In this document: positions 52,959 to 64,000 of the stretch, piece after piece
How positions within the stretch are numbered: position 1 is the first letter of the stretch
Layout of the letters: every line of letters begins with the position of its first letter
Assembly (NCBI RefSeq): GCF_006345805.1
Contig: NC_043002.1
Coordinates: 57,598,001-57,662,000, forward strand
Direction: 5' to 3'
Origin: Octopus sinensis
Taxonomy: Eukaryota
DNA length: 64,000 nt
Notes under the pieces: model-generated
What the model saw: the letters and a program-made list of their open reading frames with translations, nothing else
What the model was told of the DNA's origin: nothing
The model's database searches: none
Program-made: the position numbers and the translations under genes

Positions 52959-53090
52959 GAGCAGTTTTCCCCCAACCAGCGGCGATGCAGCTCCTGTTGA
53001 ATGAGTCTTTAGGATGTGGTAATTGGACAGGTTGTAAACATGGGCCGTATGAAACGGAGTTGGTCATCTTCAGCAGAGCAATGTCGTTAT
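52959..53090 (-). CDS. S1A serine protease, internal exon carrying catalytic Asp102
   Basis: Acceptor ctttcgtattcaacAG and donor GTaagt; 132 nt, phase 1 to phase 1. Translates (x)NDIALLKMTNSVSYGPCLQPVQLPHPKDSFNRSCIAAGWGKTA, with the DIALL and C-x-x-x-GWG motifs of the trypsin family. Confidence 0.93.
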
Positions 53091-53145
53091 CTGTTGAATA
53101 CGAAAGTTATGAAGTAGCAACCACTGTAGGTAGTTTCCATTAGAC

Positions 53146-53431
53146 CAGTGGTTCCAAAATGAGCGATGTTGCCCCCCTGGGAGCGGGGAAAAATGCCAAG
53201 GGGCCGTTGAAGAAAAGAGAGACGATAATGGGGAGGCCAAAAGAGGGCGATGGATGTAAAAACAAAAGAAATAATGGGTTCATTAGGTTATGTTTCATTT
53301 ATGAAATACAGTTGCTTTGAATTTGTTTCAGAAAGCGGTCTATGTTTGTGATGGTTAGTTGAAGTGAGGGCGCTAGGAATGTGGCCTGGGAGTCAAGGGG
53401 GCGGCAGTCCGAAAAAGTTTGGGAACCACTG
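53146..53431. mobile_element. hAT (Charlie-type) MITE, 286 bp
   Basis: TIR CAGTGGTTCC(A/C)AAA / TTTGGGAACCACTG; 8-bp TSD CATTAGAC / CATGAGAC (7/8). Confidence 0.85.
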
Positions 53432-53710
53432 CATGAGACACTTTACAACAATTAGTTTCATTCCTCTGGGTTCAGCTCCTGTCGCGATTGACTTTTATTT
53501 GTATCCACACGGAATCATTAGCTGGATAATTTATTGTATTCTACAGTGTTAGCCGTCATACGACGAGTGGCTTTGTGAGTAAGGTTTAGTGCCATGGATA
53601 ATATAGGAAATATAGTACACACAAACACATACACACACACATATATATACATGCATACACACACGCACACACATATATATATACATATATACATATATAT
53701 TTATACTTGT

Positions 53711-53757
<47 letters not shown>

Positions 53758-54046
53758 CATGCATATATATATGTATATATAAACACACACATATATATAC
53801 ATACATATGTATATATATATATACACACACAATTATTAATAATATATATATTAGCAAATTTCTTGGTGTTTATACAGAATAATGAAATGAATACTGATTT
53901 TCAAAAGAAAAATATTTATTACTTTAAAATAAATTAAACAAAACAATATTCAAAGGGGAAAAATAATGATGACTAAATTACTTTCCGTGTTGATATTATA
54001 CAACGGAAATTCCCACGCACGCTCCTGTCTGTCCGTCCGTCCGTCC

Positions 54047-54150
<104 letters not shown>

Positions 54151-54232
54151 TACATACATACATATATATATGTACACACACACATATATATATATATATA
54201 TACGGGTGTGTGTGATTGTGTATAGAAGAATA

Positions 54233-55283
<1,051 letters not shown>

Positions 55284-55349
55284 TACATACATACATACAT
55301 ACATACATACATACATACATACATACATACATACATACATACATACATG

Positions 55350-56620
55350 GCAGTCGGAACTCTCCTCTTACAACAAAACAATATCCCACAAGGCATTTGC
55401 AGTACCAGTGCTGATCCCAACATTTGGGATACTTGATTGTTCTGTTGAGGAAATCTACTCCCTAGATATCAAAACCCGCAAAATACTGACAACAACTGGG
55501 AACTTTCGCAGAAACAGTGATGTTGACGGTTTCTACCTAAGAAGAAATGGTGGACGAGGCCTGAGATCAGTGCAGAAGGCCTGCGAATGCCGTATGGTAT
55601 CACTCAGACAGCACCTGCTAAACAACAGCAGCAAAAATAAATATATTAATGCAGTCCTGAAAAGTGAAGTACATTGTACGAGCTGGCAGTGAACTCTTCA
55701 AGAAGCACTCTCTTCTTGATGATTTCCTATACAGCCCCAAAACAGCTGGGCCTCTTACTTCAGAGAAGACCTGGATGGAAAGCACTCAGCATCCAAAAAA
55801 CAGATCATGCATGGTTATGTTACCCGTAAGCTTGATGAAGACAATAGAATTAACAGGAAGCGCAGCCTCTCTTAGACACAAGGCCACTATATCACATTTT
55901 GAAGGCTATGCGTTTGCAATCCAGGAACAAGAGATTTCCACAAAGTACCTGGTGAACGAGAGAGACAGTGACGCCCTTGTAAGCCCAAGGCTATGTCATT
56001 CTTCCTTAGAAGGCTACACATGTGATTAGCAGCTGTCCTAAAATGTGGTTATAGTACTACCTCTCTATGCAGCACGATATTGATATTAAAACAATTTACA
56101 ATGTCACCCACAAAAAAGACTGTCCTGAAATAAACTGAAAAACTCTCTCTGTTATGGAATACATTCATAAACACCAACTCAAGGAATACTGATGGAATAT
56201 TCCCATTAAAACTTCTGTCAAATGTAAGCGTAACAGGCCGGATATTGTTGTCTGGGACGGAGGGTCAAAGGTATGTACCATCATAGAGGTTAGCTGCCCT
56301 GTAGAAAAAGAGGATATCCATGGACAACTGCTCCGAAACCTCAAGCTTCTGTATCCAGACTATGAATTCATATTCATACCAATAATAATTAGAGCATTAG
56401 ATTTTGTTAGTAAATGCTTAAAGGAGAATCTGGATAAACTGGGATTTTGAGAAAGAGATATTGACCGGCTGATTCGTACATTACAAGTCCAATCTGTGAG
56501 TGGAACAGTAAAAATATGCAAGACCTTTCTCAAGTTCCAAATGGGAATTTGTCTGTGTTAACTACATCCCAAAGATAGAGCCTTGTATCTTTGTTGGAAA
56601 CCGGGTCCCCCCCCCCCCAG
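55350..56620 (+). mobile_element. Older R4/Dong-type LINE 3' fragment
   Basis: AVPVLIPTFGIL..LDIKTRKIL..GGRGL, EGYAFAIQEQEISTKY and RPDIVVWD..EVSCP; heavily disrupted. Confidence 0.8.
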
Positions 56621-56984
56621 TGGAAGAATTATAATAATTAAAACATAGAAGGGACATACATACATATGTATATATACAGGTTTTCCAGCGTCGCAATGGA
56701 TTTAGAAGAGGTTGTAAAAACTTTAAGTAGCTCTCGCATCTCTGATATTTATTTCATTTATATATTGAATAAAGAGGATCAATCAATATCGAGGTGTATG
56801 ATTTAATTTATCCAAGCAGAGCACATTAATGGTTAAAGGTTAAAATGCAAATCAACAGGTAAACAATCCAGTTTATGAAGGCGGCATCGATGTAGGAAAC
56901 TCATTTGTGATTTCTAACATCAAATCCAAAAGTATCAAAAGTTAAGAGAACTTCAACATTGTATATCATTTAGTCTTTTACTTG

Positions 56985-57177
56985 TTTCAGTCATTTGACT
57001 GCGACCATAGCGGAGCACCGCCTTTAGTCGAACAAATCGACCACAGGAATTATTCTTTGTAAGCCTACGGTCTCTTTTGCTGAACTACTAAGTTACGGGG
57101 AAGTAGACACACTAAGATGGGTCAAGCGATGGTGGGGACAAACACAGACACACACAAATACACACACACACACACAT

Positions 57178-57212
<35 letters not shown>

Positions 57213-57400
57213 CGACTGGCTTATATATATATATACGACTGGCTTTTTATATATATATATATACGACTGGCTTTTTTCAGTTTCCGTCTACCACATCCAC
57301 TTTGGTCGGCCCTAGGCCATAGTAGAAGACAGCTGTCCAACGTGCCACGCAGTGACTCTAAACCCGGAACCATGTGGTTGGGAAGCAAGTTCCTTACAAC
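56985..57400 (-). mobile_element. SINE family A copy with a locally triplicated ATACGACTGGC junction
   Basis: Reverse-complement match to family A; (ta)nCGACTGGCTT occurs three times at 57205-57275. Confidence 0.78.
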
Positions 57401-57507
57401 AGAGCTACAATAACAGCAATCGAATGGATTATACGGAATCGCTACGATCGTTTCATTAAGAGATTTTACTTCATTGTAAGAACACATTGTCAGGTATGTA
57501 TGAGGTG

Positions 57508-57712
57508 CAACATCAATAAGATACAGCTAGACATAACAGAGAACATCTCAGGCAATCATGTTTCACCGTGTTGCATAGAACAACGTTTAGCATGTCCCTT
57601 AGGCCATGCTGTGCAACTGCACGTCGTTATTTTGCTCTTATGCAACACGGTGCAGCATGATGATGTCACGGGTGCTTTGTTGTATTTTGTATCATCTTAT
57701 AAATGTTGTATT
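57508..57712. repeat. MITE-like foldback
   Basis: Inner arms CACCGTGTTGCATA / TATGCAACACGGTG are perfect; outer arms are degenerate. Confidence 0.7.
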
Positions 57713-58209
57713 ACATATATATCTGCACGTATGGTGTTTCAATGCAAATGAATTATAAAATCTCTTAATGAAACATTGTAGCGATACCATACAATCCATA
57801 CACACAAACACATACACACATGCACATAGCTATAAAAAATATATATACATATTCACACACGCACACACGCGCCACACACACACACACACATACACACACA
57901 CACACACACATACACACGCACACACACATTAAGCTTATGATTTAATTTGTTAAACACAGTTCAACAAATTCATTCATATTTATGCAAATGGAGGAGATAA
58001 GATGTTAAAATGGATAATAGCTTTTATTACTCGTGTTGCTATACAATTTGTTTCGTACAGAAAGACTCAGATATTTGTAATATTCATAGTATATATATAC
58101 ATACATACATGCATACATATATATATATATGATATATGTATAATATATGGCGTGTACTGGTACACCGGCGATTATAATTAATTTTATTGTATCGCATTTA
58201 TCTTTGTTT

Positions 58210-58279
<70 letters not shown>

Positions 58280-58522
58280 CATATATATATATATACATAC
58301 ACACATATATATATATATTATATACACACACACAGGCATATATATGATGTATCCTTTCCTTTTCTTCTTCTCCCCTTTCTTTATTATTATTTCTTTCTCA
58401 CTGTGTGTGTGTGTAGCATTCATTTACTCATTGCCTGCAAACCAAGCGCAGTATGTGCACTCTCGTACGCCTTTCATGCTGTATCTTTCTGCATCTCTCT
58501 TTTAAATTCAAACATCTCTCAT

Positions 58523-58556
<34 letters not shown>

Positions 58557-58606
58557 ATGATGCCATGTGGGATTTGACAGATCAAACAACATTTATATCG
58601 GCTTAT

Positions 58607-58874
58607 TATTAAAGAGATTGTTATACGCTATCAATTCGTCACAAACGGATAAAATATAACTAGAAGTGACTTCCGATTTTTTACATAATATCAGGGGTTA
58701 AGACAATATCTAGTGATTGGAAGACAATTCTATGACCCTATATTAAAGAGATTGTTATACGCTATCAATTCGTCACAAACGGATAAAATATAACCTAGAA
58801 TGTTACTTCCGATTTTTACATAATATCAGGGTTAAGACAATATCTAGTGATTGGAAGACAATTATATGACCCTA
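58607..58874. repeat. Tandem duplication, 2 x 134 bp
   Basis: 58607-58740 and 58741-58874 differ by only a few substitutions and indels. Confidence 0.92.
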
Positions 58875-59365
58875 TCCATTAAACTGCTTTCGTGCAAATT
58901 TTGTGGTATTGTGTTCTGGCTGTGGAAGCCATATTTTCGCTCTGAAATATTTTTGGAAAATTTATGATGTGTCCAAGAGGACAGAGGTCATGTTTTTCCA
59001 AGGGCAATCTCAGAGTAGAGTTATCTCTGCCAAGCCGACGGTGTCTCCATACTGTAGGAATAAAAGACACCAAAGTAGGTAATAAATCATCAACAGGATC
59101 AATACATCGATAAACCACAAACAAGACATTTCACTAAAATATGTTAGTGCGGGCCCCTGATGTATTTTGATGTTTTATATGTATCTATTGTATGTATGTA
59201 CATACATACTTACATACATACAAATACATATATATATATTGTTGTGTCTGAGGAGAGTCTTTCTCTTATAGCGCCTTATAATTTAACACATGCACTGGTA
59301 AAATTTCCACTTATTTCTTTTATATTCTTTTAAAATTTTCGTTGCGTCTTGCAACCTTTTCAATT

Positions 59366-59467
59366 ATAAGGCCCTGAAAGAGAACAACAGACTCAACAGA
59401 ATATGCTTCAGCACACGAACTCACCTAAAAAATCTTGCAAACCAAATCCCAAACGAAATGTATATAT

Positions 59468-59547
<80 letters not shown>

Positions 59548-62500
59548 TTAATAATAACGAAGGGGAGCCTAATGATTATGATAATATAAAAAATAAAATA
59601 ATCAAAGAACTGAAAACCACAGAGCTCAAAATGGACCACCGACCATACCTCCCAAGAATCAAAATAAACGAAATAACAACACCTATTTAAAACAGCATAA
59701 ACCTAGCCGTCACTGAACTGATAGCCACTGAATAAAAAAAAGTGATATCACTGAGCTAAATAACTTAATATACGCAGCAGCCACTGCAGCCACAAAAGAA
59801 GCTGGATACTCACCCAAACCCGCCCAAACAGGAGTACCACCACCCAAACAAACCATGTGGATAAATAACATCCAAAGCAAAATAAAAAAATTAGAAAAGA
59901 CCTGTCGATTCTTAATGAAATCAGCAAACAATCAACGCTACTGAGCAACAAAAAGAGAACAAAATACTCCGCAAATATAACATCACAGAGAAGATTTGCC
60001 TGAATAAAAGAAAAGCTGAAGCAAGATATCCTTGCCAAAGCACAAAGGATCCGCCGGTACAAGAAACGCCAACGCTTCTTTGAAGAAAAACAAAAAGTTC
60101 AACTCCAACCCCAAAAAGTTCTACCAAGAACTGGGCAAAAATAAAATAGAAGTCACTGCAGCACCAACGGCAGAAGAATTGGAAGAATTCTGGAGAGAAA
60201 TATGGTCGGCGAACGAACCACCAAAAAAAAGGAGTATCAAAATAACAAACTCGGCATCTGAACAACTTTGGACCCCCATAACAACTGAAGAGGTCACCCA
60301 GGCACTGCAAAGACTAAGCAACTGGAAGGCACCTGGGCATGACAAGATCCCCAACTTCTGGTTGAAATATCTAACAGGAATGCACAAAAAGCTGGCTGAA
60401 AACTTTAACAACGTACTAGCAGAGCCAGAGACAATGCCTGAATGGCTCACGAAGGGAAAAATCTTAATTCCCAAATCAAATGAAACAGAAAAACCAGAAA
60501 ACTACAGACCAATAACCTGCCTCCCTACTATGTTCAAGGCATTTACTGCAGTGATATCACAAAGGCTGAACAAGCACCTGGACGAAAACAAACTGTTCCC
60601 AGAAGAGCAGAAAGGATGCCGCAAAGGCTCATATGGCTGTAAAGATCAACTAATGATTAATAAAGCCATAACTGAAGACAGCCAAAAAAGAAGAAAGGCC
60701 TCAGTATGGCCTGGATTGACTACAAAAAGGCGTTTGATAGCATCCCCCACACATGGATCCTCGAAACACTAGCCATTAACAAAGTAGCACCAACAATCAT
60801 AAAATTCATAGAGCACTCTATGAATAAAGGCAAACAGTCCTACACCTCCAAACAAAAGAGGGACTCATGAAAACCAAAGACATCCCCATTAGAAGAGGAA
60901 TATTCCAGGGAGACACGCTCTCTCCACTCCTTTTCTGCTTGGCACTGTCACCTCTATCTGATATGCTAAATAGAACTGGATGCGGATATAAATGTTACGG
61001 CAAAACGATCAGCCACCTTTTATATATGGATGACCTAAAACTATACGCTGCAAATGACAAACAGCTGGAAACACTATTAAAGACAGTTCATGGATTTACC
61101 AAAGAAATAGATATGAAATTTGAATTAGAAAAATGCGCCAAAGTAACCATGAAAAGAGGAAAACTAATTAAGAGTAACAACATCACACTAGATAAAACCA
61201 ATGAAATAAAAGAATTAAACCAAAGCCAAACTTACAAATACTTAGGAATCCATGAACTAGATAAGACACAACACACACAAATGAAAGAGAAAATAAAAAA
61301 AGAATATTATAGACGAGTTAGATCAATACTAAACACAGAGCTCAATGCTAAAAACAAGATAATAGGTATCAACACTTTAGCTGTCCCAGTTATAAGTTAC
61401 AGCTACAATATCCTTAACTGGACACGAAATGAACTGACCAAAATAGATAGGAAAACAAGAAAAATAATGACAGGATCTAGGATGCATCACCCAAAATCTG
61501 ACATAGAAAGACTATATACAACGTATAGAAGGTGGTAGAGGCCTTATACAGCTGGAAAACTACAAAAAAATAACCACCATAGGACTGCAAAAATATCTAC
61601 TTCAGAAGGAAGGAAAACTGATCAAGATAGCGGCAAAACACGAGCAAAACAAAAAACTGTTCTCAGTATTTAAGGAAGCTGACAAATACAAACAAGAAAT
61701 CATACCACCTAATAAACATGAAGAAGAAGAAGAAGATGAAGAAACAACAAAAGCTATAAAACAAATGAAATCCAAACTAAAAATAGAACAGCAACGAACC
61801 ATGATAAAACGATGGCAAGAAAAGCCCCTTCATGGTAAATACTGGACTAAACTAAACGCAAAAGAAATAGACAAAGAAAAATCCCAGCAATGGTTGAGAA
61901 GCTCAGGACTCAAAGCAGAAACAGAGGGATTTTTAATTGCAGCACAAGACCAAAGCCTCCCCACCAGAAATTACCAAAAACATGTAATGAAAAGAAATAT
62001 TACAAGTAACTGCAGAATATGTGGAGATGGACAAGAAACAATAAATCATATTATCTCTAGCTGCCCAGTACTGGCTAAGAAGGAATATATTCACAGACAT
62101 GACAGAGTCGGAACCTACATACATTGGAAGCTATGCCAACATTATGGAATAACAACAGAAAAAAGATGGTATAGGCACACACCAGAAAAGGTCACAGAAA
62201 ACGAGAAAGCAACCTTACTCTGGGATATGCCGATACACACAGATAGAGAAATTAAGGCCAACAGACCAGATATAGTTGTCAGAGATCATGAAGAAAAAAA
62301 ATGCTTTCTAATTGATGTATCAATACCGGCTGATGACAACGTGTCTCTAAAAGAAATGGAGAAACTCTCAAAATACAAAGACCTGGAAATAGAGGTAACT
62401 AGAATGTGGAATCTGAAAACAGAAACAATTCCTATCATAGTAGGTGCATTAGGCATGATAAAAAAATATTCAGACAAATACATGACAAAAACACCAGGAC

Positions 62501-62674
62501 TTACAAACACATATAACATACAGAAAATTGCACTACTAGGCACTGCACACATCCTACGCAGAACACTTTCCATACAATAACCATCAAAGCATCACAACAA
62601 ATCACAGCACATACCCAAGGCACACAGAGCTGCGCTCGGTAGTGAAGTGAAAGCACGCTATAAAAATAAAACTA

Positions 62675-62677
<3 letters not shown>
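59366..62677 (+). mobile_element. R4/Dong-clade LINE, 5'-truncated and frameshifted, ending in (TAA)n
   Basis: RT: KAPGHDKI, NYRPITCL, GIFQGDTLSP, YMDDLKLYA. CCHC: CRICGDGQETINHIISSC. RLE: NRPDIVVRD..LIDVSIP. (TAA)n follows at 62678-62738. Confidence 0.93.
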
Positions 62678-62738
<61 letters not shown>

Positions 62739-63196
62739 GGGCTACAGCAAATATTCTGCTCAATACCACAGATTTGCTTGTCAGTTGTTTGACCTTAACC
62801 AGTTGAGCATGTCCCTTGGTGGCTGATGATATGTGCATCTCTGATCACAAGCAGAAGTAGTGGGGGAGCATTATAGCCATGTGTTGAGAGGGATTCTTTG
62901 GGATTTGAATAATTCACCTCTGGAAACATGGGTGGTTCTTTCAACATCCTTAAACAACCCTTATTCAGGGACCTTTTGAGCGGGATGGGCTACTCAACCT
63001 GAAGATAATTCCAACTGGGCCCCACCTGCAAGGTCATGTGCTGTTTATCTTGATATGAAATCACAATATCGCGCACATATGGTTGTGATGCATGTGCCTG
63101 GTGTACCCTTATCAGACGGGTAGTCATGATGGGTATATTGGGCTTCGTATATTTTACCCCAGTGTCACTTTGATGGCATGAACTGCTCTCTCACTC
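62739..63196. repeat. 458-bp non-coding element bounded by (TAA)n on both sides
   Basis: Sharp boundaries with the TAA arrays at 62678-62738 and 63197-63252; no ORF. Confidence 0.55.
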
Positions 63197-63251
<55 letters not shown>

Positions 63252-63579
63252 TTAGGGAGTATATCCAAACTTACAGGGAAAAATTAGTTTTAGGATTGAA
63301 ACGTACGTAGTGTTTTTACTTATTATATTATATTTAACTTTTTTATACTTTTTGGTTAGTTATATATAAAAAAATTTAAATTAAAAAAATTAAAAATATA
63401 AATTTAAAAATTTTAAATTTTAATAATTTAAATTTTAAAATTTTAATAATTTAAATTTCAAAATTTATATTTTATATATATATATTATATATTAAATAAA
63501 TTATATTTATGTTTGTTTTTTATGTTTTGGTTTATGTCTATCACTGTTGAGTGTCTAATTGTGGTTTTATCTCTATATA

Positions 63580-63642
<63 letters not shown>

Positions 63643-64000
63643 AGTTTCAGCTCAGAGTTGTGGTCATGCTTTTTTTTGACCTTACGATCGTTGTTCTTGA
63701 ATCGTTGTTTCCTTAAAATACCGAAAATATTTTTCGAAGCACTCTAGGAATCTCTCGCGGCACACCGCTACAGTACATATTTTGTCAGACATTGCTCTAG
63801 GGGCATCAACAAATAGGACGCCAAGACTGGCTGGGTACTATAACATTGTTTTTATGGTAAGGAAAAACCACCATTAGGCATCTTTTGCCAGTAGTGTACT
63901 GAAGGTACATATACATACATACATACATACATACATACATACATACATACATACATACATACATACATACATACACACATACATAGAGGCACCTATTTAT

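Noticed and set aside
58607-58874. CRISPR-like or other regularly spaced array
   Set aside because: Only two long units with no spacers, in a eukaryotic context; no CRISPR array anywhere in the window.
58879-59124. Minus-strand ORF with a good acceptor (ttttattcctacAG at about 59052) as the missing upstream protease exon; LEKHDL resembles LGxHDL
   Set aside because: It needs two compensating frameshifts to give IALGKHDL, has no HP.Y motif, and has no usable GT donor before the stop. Only RNA-seq could rescue it.
59477-59550. (TAA)n as the 5' target site of the Dong/R4 element
   Set aside because: LINE-like A/C-rich sequence continues on both sides, so the tract looks internal (poly-Asn). 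The true 5' end is truncated near 59366.

Overview
Repeat-dense animal genomic DNA. The SINE families and the very high (TA)/(CA)/(TATC)/(TAA) microsatellite load suggest an octopod cephalopod; this is inferred from remembered repeat families, not a database search. Most ORFs in the supplied track are microsatellite artefacts. One host gene is supported and is missing from the ORF track: three minus-strand exons (53090-52959, 47595-47441, 44095-43901) with canonical splice sites and matching phases. They splice into the C-terminal two-thirds of an S1A serine protease (NDIALLK, GWG, STCN/GDSGGP; Ser189, chymotrypsin-like). The His57 and signal-peptide exons were not found. The rest is mostly mobile DNA: a very young 4.7-kb Penelope-like element (PLE; RT + GIY-YIG, inverted + tandem terminal repeats, three hammerhead ribozymes), about ten other PLE remnants, R4/Dong, HERO-like, Tx1/L1 and CR1-type LINE pieces, a Merlin transposon with TIRs and an 8-bp TSD, DD37D maT and mariner relics, hAT MITEs and three tRNA-derived SINE families. 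The most notable signals are a tRNA-like Pol III promoter coupled to a hammerhead in a PLE terminal repeat, at least 13 hammerhead motifs with variant cores, and sense-strand hammerheads in the protease introns. All coordinates and folds were read by eye.
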